From: an uncultured Erysipelotrichaceae bacterium
GTDB lineage: Bacteria > Bacillota_I > Bacilli_A > RFN20 > CAG-826
Reading direction: 5' to 3'
Length of the DNA stretch: 64,000 nucleotides
Assembly: GCA_902791935.1 (NCBI GenBank)
Contig: CADAXQ010000007.1
Location: 2,338 to 66,337, forward strand
Made by a program: the position numbers and the translations under genes. Below the pieces are notes generated by a model. That model was not told the DNA's origin. It saw only the letters and a program-made list of their open reading frames with translations, and ran no database searches. Positions 34,216 to 46,511 of the stretch are shown here, piece after piece. The first letter of the stretch is position 1; each line of letters begins with the position of its first letter.

Positions 34216-35457
34216 ATGAAATCTTTAACGAAATTGTTTCGTTATGGGCCTGGCCCATCCTCCTCCCACACGATTGCCCCCGCCTTGGCGGCTCGTCACT
34301 TTTGCCGATTATTAAAAAATCGTCCGATTGAACGCGTAGAAGTCACGCTTTATGACGCTTTGGCGATGACGGGCAAAGGCCACCATACGGATGATATCCT
34401 TCGTTCTACGCTAGCCCCTTATCCTTCTACGATTATTTTTCATCCCGAAATAAAGACGGATCATCCTTTAACGATGCGTTTCGAAGCCTATCAAGGAAAT
34501 ACGGTTCTAGAAGAAAAGACCTATGCTTCCTTAGGCGGTGGTGAAATCTATTCGAACGATGACCCAGAAGTGAATGAAACCGATATCTATCCTTTCCGTT
34601 CTTTGAATGACATCAAGGCCAAGATGCAAGAAAAAGGCTGGACTAGCTTAAAAGACGTTGCCTTAGCTTACGAAAACGAAACGGTAGAAGAAGAGCTAGA
34701 CACCATCCTGAAACACATGTTTGATTGCGTGGAACGTGGCTTAATGGCAAACGGCATTATTCCAGCCAACCACAATCCGGCGTTGCGTTGGAACCGCGTC
34801 GCTGGACAAATCGAGAAATCCGCGGAGAACATCTCCGACGATGATGCTTCCAGGGAAATGCGCTTAACGGCCTATGCGTATGCGGTTGGAGAAAGTAACG
34901 CTTCAGGAGAAATGATCGTGACGGCACCGACTTGTGGCTCTAGCGGAGTCCTACCAGCTGTACTTTATGAGTCTTATCACCACGATCATATGGATTGGAA
35001 TACTTTAAGAGATTCCCTATATATCGCCGGTATTTTTGGCAATTTAGTCAAACAAAACGCCTCGATCGCGGGTGCGATTGGCGGTTGCCAAGCCGAAATC
35101 GGAACGGCTTCTTCTATGGCGGCCGCTGCGCTTTGCTATGTTCATGGATTATCGTTATTCCAACAAGAATATGCCGCGGAATGTGCCATGGAACATTTCT
35201 TAGGCCTCTCTTGTGACCCAGTCGACGGTTACGTCATGATCCCTTGCATTGAACGGAATGGCATGGGCGCCTTACGTGCCTACGATGCCTATCTTTACGC
35301 GCGATATATCGCCCCGATTCGGAAAAACCAAGTTTCGTTTGATAACGTGGTCTCCGCGATGAAATTAACGGGCGATTCTCTGGCTTCCGCTTACAAAGAA
35401 ACGGCAGAAGGCGGACTGGCGGCCATTTTAAAAAAGTACGAAAACGATTCGCGTTAG
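34216..35457 (+). CDS. sdaA: L-serine ammonia-lyase (iron-sulfur dependent), single-chain form
   Basis: FRYGPGPSSSHTIAP N-terminal signature, TAPTCGSSGVLPA and GGCQAEIG motifs. Confidence 0.85.
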   Translation: MKSLTKLFRYGPGPSSSHTIAPALAARHFCRLLKNRPIERVEVTLYDALAMTGKGHHTDDILRSTLAPYPSTIIFHPEIKTDHPLTMRFEAYQGNTVLEEKTYASLGGGEIYSNDDPEVNETDIYPFRSLNDIKAKMQEKGWTSLKDVALAYENETVEEELDTILKHMFDCVERGLMANGIIPANHNPALRWNRVAGQIEKSAENISDDDASREMRLTAYAYAVGESNASGEMIVTAPTCGSSGVLPAVLYESYHHDHMDWNTLRDSLYIAGIFGNLVKQNASIAGAIGGCQAEIGTASSMAAAALCYVHGLSLFQQEYAAECAMEHFLGLSCDPVDGYVMIPCIERNGMGALRAYDAYLYARYIAPIRKNQVSFDNVVSAMKLTGDSLASAYKETAEGGLAAILKKYENDSR

Positions 35458-35472
35458 GTGTATACTAGCCCC

Positions 35473-35513
35473 TGCGTGTTCTTCCTCTGAACCACGCCTA
35501 AAAAACAAGGAGG
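35473..35513 (+). promoter_or_regulatory. preQ1-I riboswitch candidate (translational, SD-sequestering)
   Basis: P1 is GCGUG / CACGC, with the loop ending ...GAAC. The A-rich tail CUAAAAAACAAGGAGG closely resembles the known preQ1-I tails (AUAAAAAACUAAGG / UUAACAAAACAAGG). Loop CCUC can pair with the SD. The element sits directly upstream of queT. Confidence 0.6.
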
Positions 35514-35521
35514 TCTTGATC

Positions 35522-37281
<1,760 letters not shown>

Positions 37282-37287
37282 AGACTT

Positions 37288-38346
37288 ATGGATATCGAAC
37301 TATTCGATTACCACTTACCAGAAGAACTCATCGCCCAATCGCCGATGGAACAACGCGATCAATGCCGTTTAATGGTGATTAACCGCGAAACGAAGACCTA
37401 TGAACACAAAGTCTTCCATGATATTGTGAACTATCTCCACGCCGGTGATGTTTTGGTGCGGAACAACACGAAAGTCATTCCTGCTCGTTTGCTCGGCGTC
37501 AAAGTCGAAACCGGCGGTGCCGTGGAGTTGTTGTTGCTCAAACAACTACAAAACGATACCTGGGAATGTTTGGTGGGGAACGCCCACTCCGTCAAAGTTG
37601 GCAGCCATTGCTCCTTCGGGAATGGTAAGCTCATCGCCGAATGTGTCGGGGTGAAAGACGAAGGCTTACGCGACATGAAGTTCCATTATCAAGGGATCTT
37701 CATGGAAGTCTTAGAAGAACTCGGCCAGATGCCGTTACCGCCTTATATCAAAAAACAATGCGCGAATAACGACGATTATCAAACTGTTTATGCCAAGGTG
37801 CCAGGAAGTGCTGCCGCGCCGACGGCTGGATTCCACTTCACCAAGGAACTCTTCCAAGAATTACGCGCGAAAGGTGTGGAAGTGGAAGAAATTACCTTGA
37901 ATATCGGCTTAGGCACATTCCGACCTGTCAAAGTTCGCGACACCAAAGACCATCCGATGCATTCCGAAATCATTGAGATGGATGAAGGAACGGCAGAACG
38001 ATTAAACAAAGCCAAGCAAGAAAGCAGGCGGATTATCGCGATTGGAACGACCTCCGTTCGAACCTTAGAAACCATTTATGGCCAATTTGGAGAATTCCGG
38101 GCGATTCGAGAACCGACCAAACTCTATATCGAGCCTGGTTATACCTACCGAGCCGTCGATGCCTTAATCACGAACTTCCATCTTCCGAAGTCGACGTTGC
38201 TAGAACTTGTTTCTGCCTTTGCGGGAAGAAAGTTCATCTTGTCTTGTTACGAAGAAGCCGTCAAAGAACGTTATCGGTTCTTCTCATTTGGAGACGCGAT
38301 GTTCATCTATGGCAAATACGATTACTCCCATAATTTAGACGATTAA
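37288..38346 (+). CDS. queA: S-adenosylmethionine:tRNA ribosyltransferase-isomerase
   Basis: FDYHLPEELIAQSP start, LPPYI and AAPTAGFHFT motifs. Confidence 0.93.
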   Translation: MDIELFDYHLPEELIAQSPMEQRDQCRLMVINRETKTYEHKVFHDIVNYLHAGDVLVRNNTKVIPARLLGVKVETGGAVELLLLKQLQNDTWECLVGNAHSVKVGSHCSFGNGKLIAECVGVKDEGLRDMKFHYQGIFMEVLEELGQMPLPPYIKKQCANNDDYQTVYAKVPGSAAAPTAGFHFTKELFQELRAKGVEVEEITLNIGLGTFRPVKVRDTKDHPMHSEIIEMDEGTAERLNKAKQESRRIIAIGTTSVRTLETIYGQFGEFRAIREPTKLYIEPGYTYRAVDALITNFHLPKSTLLELVSAFAGRKFILSCYEEAVKERYRFFSFGDAMFIYGKYDYSHNLDD

Positions 38347-38376
38347 AAAACGACTGGGATTCCCAGCCGTTTTTCT
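38346..38376. terminator. Bidirectional terminator between queA and the SPFH gene
   Basis: Core stem ctggg / cccag extends to aaacgactggg / cccagccgttt (1 mismatch). It is flanked by an A-run and a T-run. Confidence 0.7.
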
Positions 38377-38388
38377 GATTTTCTCGGA

Positions 38389-39489
38389 TTATTTTGCCGG
38401 ATGCTCGGCATAAACGTGGTCAGGATTGGCCGATTGACGATTGGTTTTGCGGTCAATTTTCGCGATGGACTTTTGCCCGTCTTGGACCATGGCTTTCGTT
38501 TCATCTGTGCTTGGCTTTTCCGGTTTTTCTTCTGGCGCTTCAGGCACATCTTGCCAAACGGATTTTGCCGTCACAAGGTAACTGGTTAAGTCTTGTAGGT
38601 TGCTTGGCACCACGATTTTGGTGGCTTTGCCATCCGCGACCGCTTTCATGGCTTCCATGCCCTTGAGGGCAAGCACTTCTTGGGAAGGATGGGCATCATT
38701 AATCATTTGAATGCCTTTGGCTTCAGCTTCGCGAATCATGATTTCCCCATCAGCTTGGGCTTTTTTGACTTTCAAGATGGCTTCCGCTTCCGCTTCGGCT
38801 TGCCGAATCTTTTCTTGTTTGGCTGCTTCAGCATTTAAGATACGGGCTTCTTTGTTTCCTTCGGCAATCGTAATCGCGGACGTCTTTTCGCCTTCGGCAA
38901 TTAAGATCTTTTCCCGTTTTTCCCGTTCGGCACGCATCTGCTTTTCCATGGCTTCTTGGATATCGCGGGGAGGAAGGATGTTCTTCACTTCAACCCGCGT
39001 CACCTTGATGCCCCAAGGATCGGTGGCTTCATCAAGAATCTTCCGCATTTTTTCATTGATGATGTCACGAGACGTTAACGTAGAATCTAAGTCTAAATCA
39101 CCGATGATGTTCCGTAATGTCGTGGTGGATAAGGCTTGGATACCCGCTAAAGGATCGGCAACACCGTACGTATAGAGTTTTGGATCAGTGACATAGCAGA
39201 ACACAACGGTATCAATTTGCATCGTGACGTTATCTTTCGTGATGACCGGTTGCGGTGGGAAGTCATAGATTTGTTCTTTTAAGGAAACTTTCTTCACGAT
39301 GCGGTCAATAAATGGCGCCTTCATATGGATCCCGACATCCCAGGTGGCATGGTAAGCACCAAGCCGTTCTACGATGTAGTTCTCCGTTTGTCTTACGACT
39401 TTGATGCAGGAAAGCAACAAGATGAGCAAGAACAAAAAGAGGATGCAGAGGAAGACGATTAACACAACAATTCCTGGATTCGGATTCAT
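38389..39489 (-). CDS. SPFH/band-7 (stomatin-like) protein with an acidic/Lys-rich C-terminal tail
   Basis: N-terminal TM segment, an SPFH core (VVFCYVTDPKLYTYGV..., RAEREKREKILIAEGEK) and a coiled-coil. Confidence 0.85.
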   Translation of the reverse strand: MNPNPGIVVLIVFLCILFLFLLILLLSCIKVVRQTENYIVERLGAYHATWDVGIHMKAPFIDRIVKKVSLKEQIYDFPPQPVITKDNVTMQIDTVVFCYVTDPKLYTYGVADPLAGIQALSTTTLRNIIGDLDLDSTLTSRDIINEKMRKILDEATDPWGIKVTRVEVKNILPPRDIQEAMEKQMRAEREKREKILIAEGEKTSAITIAEGNKEARILNAEAAKQEKIRQAEAEAEAILKVKKAQADGEIMIREAEAKGIQMINDAHPSQEVLALKGMEAMKAVADGKATKIVVPSNLQDLTSYLVTAKSVWQDVPEAPEEKPEKPSTDETKAMVQDGQKSIAKIDRKTNRQSANPDHVYAEHPAK

Positions 39490-39500
39490 ATATAAACCTC

Positions 39501-39947
39501 CTATGAATGGATTTTCACCACGTAATGGTTCCCAATGAGATTCACGATTTCTACCCGACTTCCCTTAACGATGGTCTCATTATGTTCCGAGACACATTCC
39601 CAAGTTACCCCATGGTTCTTAATGATGCCGGGATGATCTTCTGTGATGGGTTCTAGCAAGAGAAACGTTTTTCCGATGGCTGCGTTAGCATTCAGCTTAG
39701 CCTTCTTGGCGCCCCGTAACTTATCGCGCCACAAGAAATATACCAATAAGAAGATGGCCAAGGAAACCACGAAAAAGACAATGATCGACACCCAAAATGG
39801 AACTTGAGGGAATAAGGCAACAATCAGTGCCACAAAAGCGCCGCCGGTAAACCAAATCGACACGAGACCGTCGGTACAAATCTCAATGATGAGCGACAAC
39901 AAGAAGATGGCGCCCCAGATGATCAGCATGATGATGTAAGGGGTCAT
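39501..39947 (-). CDS. NfeD-family membrane protein
   Basis: Starts at MTPYIIMLIIWGAIFLL (complement of 39945-39947). It has three TM helices plus a C-terminal OB-like domain and is upstream partner to the SPFH gene. The longer ORF-track start was rejected. Confidence 0.75.
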   Translation of the reverse strand: MTPYIIMLIIWGAIFLLSLIIEICTDGLVSIWFTGGAFVALIVALFPQVPFWVSIIVFFVVSLAIFLLVYFLWRDKLRGAKKAKLNANAAIGKTFLLLEPITEDHPGIIKNHGVTWECVSEHNETIVKGSRVEIVNLIGNHYVVKIHS

Positions 39948-40024
39948 AGGTACGTCTATAGAATAGCACGAGCGCGGGCGTGACCAAAGTAAAAAGAGCG
40001 AAAAATATGTTAGAATCAGTGCCG

Positions 40025-40663
40025 ATGAAAAATCACGAAACAACGCGCAATTATTATGCGGAAAGCCTGGCGACAATTGACGCTTTCCCGCCTGACAAGA
40101 AACCGCGGTTATTGTTACATGTCTGTTGTGGGCCATGCGCTTGTTATCCTTTGACGTTCCTCTGCGAACATTTTTCCGTCACGATCTATTACGGCAATTC
40201 CAATATTTATCCCGAAGCAGAATATGACCATCGTTTAGCGGAGTTAAAACGCCTGCTAGAATCCCTAAAACGTGACTATGGCTACACGATAGAACTTGTG
40301 ATTCCTCCCTATGATCACAAAACCTATTGGGAAGACTTAAAGCCCTATGCTGCCTTGCCAGAAGGTGGATATCGTTGTCAACTTTGTTACCGAAAACGCA
40401 TGGAAGATGCTTACACCTATGCGGATGCGCATGATTTTGATTACTTCACGACCGTCATGACCATATCGCCTCAGAAATCTTCTCCGATTCTAAATGCCAT
40501 CGGAGCAGAACTCGAAACCCACCATAAAACCCCTTATTTTTATTCGGACTTCAAAAAGAAAGGTGGCATCGATAAAGGCGTTGCCATTCGAAAACAATAC
40601 CAGCTATATTACCAGGATTACTGCGGTTGCGAAGCGAGCCTTGCTTCTCGGAAGAAACCCTGA
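40025..40663 (+). CDS. queH: Epoxyqueuosine reductase QueH (DUF208)
   Basis: LLLHVCCGPCACYPL Fe-S motif plus CQLCYRKR. The start is uncertain among 39980, 40007 and 40025. I prefer 40025 because TGtTAGAAT lies at 40008-40016. Confidence 0.8.
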   Translation: MKNHETTRNYYAESLATIDAFPPDKKPRLLLHVCCGPCACYPLTFLCEHFSVTIYYGNSNIYPEAEYDHRLAELKRLLESLKRDYGYTIELVIPPYDHKTYWEDLKPYAALPEGGYRCQLCYRKRMEDAYTYADAHDFDYFTTVMTISPQKSSPILNAIGAELETHHKTPYFYSDFKKKGGIDKGVAIRKQYQLYYQDYCGCEASLASRKKP

Positions 40664-40737
40664 TCTCTCTTAGCTTAGATGGTTGCCTTATCTTATTTTG
40701 ATTCATAAAATAGGGTTAACAGTTGCAAGATAAAACG

Positions 40738-41532
40738 ATGAATTGCCATTTTTCTAAAATCGCCAGTTTATTGGCGGTTGCCGTTTCTATTCCTGCCGGT
40801 GCATGTACTATGGCAGCCGGCGAGCCCTCTCGTTTTCGTTCCGATGCATTTATCCAAAAATTAAAAGATTTGGAATCCTTTACGGACTCTATTTCCTTCA
40901 ATGGCGTGGATACGGAAGGAAAAGATTTTTACGGATGCTTCAATCAAACGTCCGTTGATGGCTGGATGGTTGGAAGTAGTTCGTTTTTAACGGGATATGC
41001 CGTCCATTATGGGTATTCTTCGACTGCGGGTGTGTTGCAAACCTTGCCCGACACGGCGCAAGAAAAGGTGTACACCTGGCAATTGGATGCCTCCGCGATC
41101 AAGACGGCGGCGGATTTAATTCAGGAATGGAGCAAGGTGGCCAATTTCACTATCCGTTACACCGCGAATGACTACCTGCCTTTTATCAAAGAAAGGATTC
41201 TAGAGAAAAGATATAGCCTATGGCAAACTTCGGGAACCCAATTCCCTTGGATTTTTGTAAGATTTTCCTGGCAAGAGTGGACAGAGAATCTAGAGACAGT
41301 AGAGGCCTGGAAGGCACTTCTTGGAGATGAAAAGACCTATCATGAATGGGAAGAAAAAAGTAAAAGCAGAATCACCGCATCGGTGATATATACCAAAATC
41401 CCAGGGTCTGACGAACCTAAAATCCGCGCCGGTCTTGCCTTCGGAAACTTCGAATTCTATTACCATGAGGGCGACATTGAGTTTTCCTCCGATGGGGCCC
41501 CAGAATACATCGATATAGTGGGACGCTTATAA
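40738..41532 (+). CDS. Predicted lipoprotein of unknown function
   Basis: Signal peptide with lipobox IPAGAC|T; a Trp-rich mature protein; no recognisable motif. Confidence 0.5.
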   Translation: MNCHFSKIASLLAVAVSIPAGACTMAAGEPSRFRSDAFIQKLKDLESFTDSISFNGVDTEGKDFYGCFNQTSVDGWMVGSSSFLTGYAVHYGYSSTAGVLQTLPDTAQEKVYTWQLDASAIKTAADLIQEWSKVANFTIRYTANDYLPFIKERILEKRYSLWQTSGTQFPWIFVRFSWQEWTENLETVEAWKALLGDEKTYHEWEEKSKSRITASVIYTKIPGSDEPKIRAGLAFGNFEFYYHEGDIEFSSDGAPEYIDIVGRL

Positions 41533-41688
41533 ACCTCTAAACATCGCATTTTTATACATAATGTAATGAAATATGTCTCTTTTGTTTTGACTCTCTAGAT
41601 ATTAAACAAAACGGAAGGGATATTTTTATTTTTGCCCCTAAAAACGACTCAAAATAACACGTTTTCAGTCATTGTTTTCTCTTAAAAA

Positions 41689-41716
41689 TTGTGCATGGTG
41701 CACAAAGTTTTTTCGC
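41689..41716 (+). terminator. Weak terminator-like hairpin (also a 7-3-7 palindrome TTGTGCAtggTGCACAA)
   Basis: The palindrome at 41689-41705 is followed by agttttttcg, about 160 nt downstream of the lipoprotein gene. Confidence 0.3.
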
Positions 41717-41808
41717 ATTTTAAGGCCGGTTTTGAACCGAAAACCGCAAACGGCGCTGATTTTGCCAAAAGTGCGGATAAACACGGAACTATTGGTGAAC
41801 AAAAGTCG

Positions 41809-41837
41809 TTGACATCACCCGCGCACAAGCGCATAAT
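41809..41837 (+). promoter_or_regulatory. Strong sigma-70-type promoter of the S10 operon
   Basis: TTGACA 41809-41814, a 17-nt spacer, then CATAAT 41832-41837. Confidence 0.65.
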
Positions 41838-41969
41838 CTAACTCGCTGGCGTGAGCGTGGAAGTGCGATGTTGCTGACACACCGTGAGGCGTTGTCATGC
41901 ACACGGCTTAGTCAGGGAACTCGCTTGGAGCTCATGCAAGCAAGCCGGATGAAAAAGGAGGAAAAATCC
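41838..41969 (+). promoter_or_regulatory. Structured ~130-nt 5' UTR of the S10 operon
   Basis: Nested hairpin ctgac (41874-78) - ccgtg ... cacgg - gtcag (41911-15), a second hairpin gcttg...caagc, and a direct repeat aactcgct present twice. The SD aaaggagg follows. Confidence 0.4.
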
Positions 41970-42284
41970 ATGGCGAAACAACAAGTCCTGCGTATTCGTT
42001 TGCAGGCCTACGACCATCAGATCATCGACGAAGCTGCCGAAAAGATTGTTGCCGTAGCGAAAAAGACCGGTGCCAAAGTTGTTGGCCCAGTGCCTCTCCC
42101 AACCGAGAAGCAGGTGTACACGATTCTCCGCGCTACCTTCAAATACAAGGATAGCCGTGAGCAATTCGAAATTCGTACCCACAAGAGATTGATTGACGTC
42201 GTCAATCCGAACAAAGAAACCGTCGAAGCCATCCGCAAACTCGATTTGCCGAATGGCGTTGACATCGATGTCACTGCGAAGTAA
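41970..42284 (+). CDS. rpsJ: 30S ribosomal protein S10
   Basis: [20 protein letters not shown]...; an SD precedes ATG 41970. Confidence 0.97.
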   Translation: MAKQQVLRIRLQAYDHQIIDEAAEKIVAVAKKTGAKVVGPVPLPTEKQVYTILRATFKYKDSREQFEIRTHKRLIDVVNPNKETVEAIRKLDLPNGVDIDVTAK

Positions 42285-42297
42285 GGAGGAATCATTC

Positions 42298-42981
42298 ATG
42301 AAATCCATCATCGGAAGAAAAATGGGCATGACCGAAGTCTTCGCGGCTGACGGAACGATGTATCCCGTGACTGTCATTGAGGTCCTGCCGAATGTTGTGG
42401 TTGGCAAAAAGACCACTGAAAAAGATGGCTATGAAGCCTTACAAGTCGGCTATGAAGAAATTGCCGAACGTCACCTCAATCAATGCGAACTTGGTCTCTA
42501 CAAGAAAGCCAACGTTAGCGCGCACGCCCATCTATATGAATTAAAGGGCGATGAAATTTATGGCAAGAACGTCGGGGAAACCCTGACGGCGGATCTGTTC
42601 CAAGCCGGCGAAGTCGTCGACGTGATCGGAACGACCAAAGGCCATGGTTACAGCGGCACCATCAAACGGTATCACAACCACATTGGTCCAAAAGGCCATG
42701 GTTCTGGTTACCATCGTCAAATTGGTTCGTTAGCAAATAACGGCCGTTGCAACAACCGCGTTATCCCAGGCAAGACCATGTCTGGTCACTGGGGCCCGCA
42801 TCAAGCCACGCTCGAAAACGTCACCGTCATCGCGAGTGACAAAGAAAAAGGCTATATCTTGGTCAAGGGCGGAATCCCCGGACCGAAAAAATCGATTGTT
42901 ATGTTACGGAGCGCCATCTTGGAACAATTCCGCAAACCGGAAGTCAAGCCGCTCGTGAATAACGCGAAGAAAGGAGAATAA
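42298..42981 (+). CDS. rplC: 50S ribosomal protein L3
   Basis: MKSIIGRKMGMTEVF...; SD aaggagg. Confidence 0.97.
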   Translation: MKSIIGRKMGMTEVFAADGTMYPVTVIEVLPNVVVGKKTTEKDGYEALQVGYEEIAERHLNQCELGLYKKANVSAHAHLYELKGDEIYGKNVGETLTADLFQAGEVVDVIGTTKGHGYSGTIKRYHNHIGPKGHGSGYHRQIGSLANNGRCNNRVIPGKTMSGHWGPHQATLENVTVIASDKEKGYILVKGGIPGPKKSIVMLRSAILEQFRKPEVKPLVNNAKKGE

Positions 42982-42986
42982 GGACT

Positions 42987-43619
42987 ATGGCAACGAAAGC
43001 AATCACTCTCCCTGTCCTGTCCTTCTCCGGCGAGAAAGTCGGGGACATCAAATTAGATGCCTCGGTCTTCGGAATCACCGAAAAGAATGAACAGGCCATC
43101 CATGACGCCGTGGTCACCCAAGGCGCCAATGCCCGTCAAGCAACCGCCAAAACGAAGAAACGCCACGAAGTCAGTGGTGGTGGCAAAAAGCCATGGCGGC
43201 AAAAAGGCACTGGCCGTGCCCGTGCTGGCTCGAGCCGTTCCCCATTATGGGTTGGCGGCGGCAAGGTCTTCGGACCGGACGGAAACCAAAACTATGAGGT
43301 TTCCCAAAACAAGAAAGCCCACGCGTTAGCCTTAAAGACCGTGCTCTCACAAAAAGTGAAAGGCGGACTCGTTGTGGTTGACGAAGTGAAAGCGGCGAAG
43401 ATCTCCACGAAAGAATTCGCACAAGGCTTGGCCAACGTCAAAGCAGAGGGCAAAGTGCTCCTCATCGCCGAAGACGCCAACGCCGTTCTTAGCGCCTCGA
43501 ACCTTGACAATGTGACCGTTCGCGCTTGCAACAACATCAGCGTTTACGATGTCTTGAATGCCAATACGTTAGTCATTGGAAAACAAGATATCGAAACCCT
43601 CGAAGGAGGACTCAAATAA
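42987..43619 (+). CDS. rplD: 50S ribosomal protein L4
   Basis: [15 protein letters not shown] motif and position in the operon. Confidence 0.97.
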   Translation: MATKAITLPVLSFSGEKVGDIKLDASVFGITEKNEQAIHDAVVTQGANARQATAKTKKRHEVSGGGKKPWRQKGTGRARAGSSRSPLWVGGGKVFGPDGNQNYEVSQNKKAHALALKTVLSQKVKGGLVVVDEVKAAKISTKEFAQGLANVKAEGKVLLIAEDANAVLSASNLDNVTVRACNNISVYDVLNANTLVIGKQDIETLEGGLK

Positions 43620-44005
43620 TGGCAGACGAAAAGAAAGAAGCCGTTCAAGCCGCCCCGAAGAAGGAAAGCAAGAAGGCAGAAAAAGAAGCTCCCAAGAAAA
43701 CATTCAAGGCGGCGAATGCCCATGACTACAAAGTGGTCTTGACACCCGTCATCACTGAAAAGAGCATGGCGCTTCTCCAAAACGACAACAAAGTCACGGT
43801 CAAAGTGGCCGCGAACGCCAACAAAGTCGCCATCAAAGAAAGCTTCCAACGCTTATATCAAGTAAGCGTCGACGATGTGAAAATCGTCAATGTCCGTGCG
43901 AAGAGCACATCCCGTGGTGGCCGTTACCAAGGCTCCATCTCGGGTTACAAGAAGGCCGTCATCACCATTCATGAAGGTGAAGCAATCGACCTCTTCAAGG
44001 AGTAA
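43619..44005 (+). CDS. rplW: 50S ribosomal protein L23 with a Lys-rich N-terminal extension
   Basis: TAATG overlap with rplD. The L23 core (YKVVLTPVITEKS) is preceded by ~30 aa [27 protein letters not shown]. Confidence 0.93.
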   Translation: MADEKKEAVQAAPKKESKKAEKEAPKKTFKAANAHDYKVVLTPVITEKSMALLQNDNKVTVKVAANANKVAIKESFQRLYQVSVDDVKIVNVRAKSTSRGGRYQGSISGYKKAVITIHEGEAIDLFKE

Positions 44006-44087
44006 GGAATCACCATCGCGTCTCTCCCTTATATATAAATAAGGATAGAGAGATGCGAAAAGCATCCACTATAGGAGAACAGAAAAC

Positions 44088-44921
44088 ATGGCAATCAAAT
44101 CATATCGGCCATATACGAAATCGCGGCGCGAAATGTTGTCGCTCTCGTATGAAGACATCACAAAATCAACTCCTGAAAAATCATTGCTTGCCCCGAAAAA
44201 GCACACCGGTGGCCGCAACAACCAAGGAGTCATCACCTGCCGTCATCGCGGTGGGGGCAACAAGAACCGCTATCGGATCATTGACTTCCGGAGAAACAAA
44301 GACAACATTCCGGCCAAAGTCAGCGCCATTGAATACGATCCAAACCGCACGGCGTTCATCGCCTTGCTCGTCTACCAAGATGGCGAAAAGCGTTACATCA
44401 TCCGTCCACAAGGCTTAAACGTTGGGGACGTGGTGGTCTCGGGAGCAGCCACCGATATCAAAGTCGGGAACAACTGCGAATTAAAAGCCATCCCCGATGG
44501 CACATTCGTGCACTGTGTTGAATTCCAGCCTGGCAAAGGCGGACAAATGTGCCGTGCTGCTGGTTGCAGCGCGCAGGTGCTCGGCACCGATGGTGCCTAC
44601 ACCATCCTTCGCTTGGCCTCTGGCGAAGTTCGTAAAGTCTTAAGCAATTGCCGCGCCACCATTGGTATCGTCGGAAACGAAGATTACAACTTGGTGAACA
44701 AAGGCAAAGCGGGCAAAACCCGTTATCAAGGGATCCGTCCAACCGTTCGTGGCTTCGCGATGAACCCGGTGGACCACCCGCACGGCGGCGGCGAAGGCAA
44801 GTGCCCTGTTGGCCGCGATGCACCACGTACTCCGTGGGGCAAGAAAGCCATGGGTGTTAAGACCCGTCGCTACAAGAAGAATTCGACCCGTCTCATCATC
44901 AGACGGAAGAATGACAAATAA
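44088..44921 (+). CDS. rplB: 50S ribosomal protein L2
   Basis: [10 protein letters not shown]..., [21 protein letters not shown]. Confidence 0.98.
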   Translation: MAIKSYRPYTKSRREMLSLSYEDITKSTPEKSLLAPKKHTGGRNNQGVITCRHRGGGNKNRYRIIDFRRNKDNIPAKVSAIEYDPNRTAFIALLVYQDGEKRYIIRPQGLNVGDVVVSGAATDIKVGNNCELKAIPDGTFVHCVEFQPGKGGQMCRAAGCSAQVLGTDGAYTILRLASGEVRKVLSNCRATIGIVGNEDYNLVNKGKAGKTRYQGIRPTVRGFAMNPVDHPHGGGEGKCPVGRDAPRTPWGKKAMGVKTRRYKKNSTRLIIRRKNDK

Positions 44922-44938
44922 GGAAAGGAGATCGAATC

Positions 44939-45244
44939 ATGTCGCGTTCATCGAAAAAAGGACCGTTCGTCGACGAATACCTTCTCAAGAAGGTCGAAGC
45001 CGTCAAGAAGTCTGGCAAAAAAGAAGTCATCAAGACTTGGTCGCGTCGTTCGACCATCTATCCAGCCTTTGTCGAACAAACGTTTGCCGTTTATAACGGA
45101 AAAGAACACATCACCGTCTTCGTCACTGAAGATATGGTGGGACACAAACTTGGCGAGTTTGCACCAACTCGCACCTTCACTGGTCACCATGGAAACAACC
45201 TTGGCGATCAAGCGGCAGCTGCTGCAGCGGCAGCCAAGAAATAA
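44939..45244 (+). CDS. rpsS: 30S ribosomal protein S19 with a poly-Ala C-terminal tail
   Basis: [12 protein letters not shown]... core; tail [17 protein letters not shown]. Confidence 0.96.
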   Translation: MSRSSKKGPFVDEYLLKKVEAVKKSGKKEVIKTWSRRSTIYPAFVEQTFAVYNGKEHITVFVTEDMVGHKLGEFAPTRTFTGHHGNNLGDQAAAAAAAAKK

Positions 45245-45254
45245 GGAGTGAGTT

Positions 45255-45794
45255 ATGGCAGAAGAAAAGAAAACCGTAAAGAAAGCCTCTGCGAAGAAAG
45301 CAGAAGCCGCTCCGAAAGCCGAGAAAAAAGCCCCGGCTAAGAAAGCACCGAAAGCCGAAGCGAAAGCGGAAGTCGTCGAAGAAAAGAAAGCAGCCCCGAA
45401 AAAGGCCGCCAAGAAAGAAGAAGTGAAAGCGGAACCTGTCGCCGAGAAACCGGTCGTCACCGAAGCTCATGCTTCCTCGTTAAATGTCCGTGTCACCCCA
45501 CGCAAAGTCCGTCTTGTGATTGACTTAGTCCGTGGCAAGGACGTGGACGAAGCCATCGCGATTCTCAAAAACGTCAATCGCGCTGCTTCCACCCCAGTCT
45601 TGAAGCTCATCCAAAGCGCGGCAGCCAATGCCACCAATAACTTTGGTTTGAGCAAAGACAAACTCTATGTGGCGGAGATCCAAGCCTCTGATGGTGTCAA
45701 GATGAAGCGGTTCATGCCGCGCGGTAAAGGTTCGTCCTCACCGCTCATCAAACGGACTGCGAACATCTACTGCACCGTGAAGGAAAGAAACTAA
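45255..45794 (+). CDS. rplV: 50S ribosomal protein L22 with a ~65-aa K/A/E-rich N-terminal extension
   Basis: The L22 core begins near AHASSLNVRVTPRKVRLV. It is preceded by AEEKKTVKKASAKKAEAAPKAEKKAPAKKAPKAEAKAEVVEEKKAAPKKAAKKEE. Confidence 0.95.
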   Translation: MAEEKKTVKKASAKKAEAAPKAEKKAPAKKAPKAEAKAEVVEEKKAAPKKAAKKEEVKAEPVAEKPVVTEAHASSLNVRVTPRKVRLVIDLVRGKDVDEAIAILKNVNRAASTPVLKLIQSAAANATNNFGLSKDKLYVAEIQASDGVKMKRFMPRGKGSSSPLIKRTANIYCTVKERN

Positions 45795-45806
45795 GAGGAG
45801 TAAACA

Positions 45807-46511
45807 ATGGGTCAAAAAGTTAATGCGAACGGCCTCCGTATCGGAATCAACCGCAAGTGGGAAGCCAATTGGTTTGCTTCCAAAAAGGATTACGCGAAAT
45901 TCTTAGGGGAAGACATCGCGATCCGCCAATATCTCGAACCACAACTCAAAGAAGCCGTGGTGAGCCACATCGATATCGCCCGTAAGAAAGACGACAAAGG
46001 CGCCAATGTCATCATTGATGCTTATGTCGCTCGTCCCGGTGTCGTCTTAGGGCAAGACAACACCAAAATCAATGCTATCCGTGCTGGTCTCAAGCACGTC
46101 GTCAAAACCGGAACTCCGACCATCAACATTGTGGAAGTCAAGAATCCGGACCTCGATGCCGTCTTGATTGCCAAATGGATTGCATCGGAAATTGAAAATC
46201 GTCAATCGTTCCGTTCGACACAAAAGAAAGCCATCCAACGCATGAAGAAAGCGGGAGCCGTCGGCTGCCGTACCCAATGCCAAGGACGTCTTGGTGGCGC
46301 GGAAATTGCACGTCGCGAAGGTTATAAAGTGGGTGTCGTCCCGCTCGAAACCCTCCGTGCTGACATCGACTTCTCTGCCGTCACAGCCAATACGGCTTAT
46401 GGCGACATCGGCGTCAAAGTCTGGATTTGCAAATCCACGAACAAATTAGCCGTCAAAGAAGCCGAGAAGAAAGAAGGAGGACAAGAACATGCTGCAGCCA
46501 AAGCGCGTTAA
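45807..46511 (+). CDS. rpsC: 30S ribosomal protein S3
   Basis: [24 protein letters not shown]...; overlaps rplP by 23 nt. Confidence 0.97.
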   Translation: MGQKVNANGLRIGINRKWEANWFASKKDYAKFLGEDIAIRQYLEPQLKEAVVSHIDIARKKDDKGANVIIDAYVARPGVVLGQDNTKINAIRAGLKHVVKTGTPTINIVEVKNPDLDAVLIAKWIASEIENRQSFRSTQKKAIQRMKKAGAVGCRTQCQGRLGGAEIARREGYKVGVVPLETLRADIDFSAVTANTAYGDIGVKVWICKSTNKLAVKEAEKKEGGQEHAAAKAR

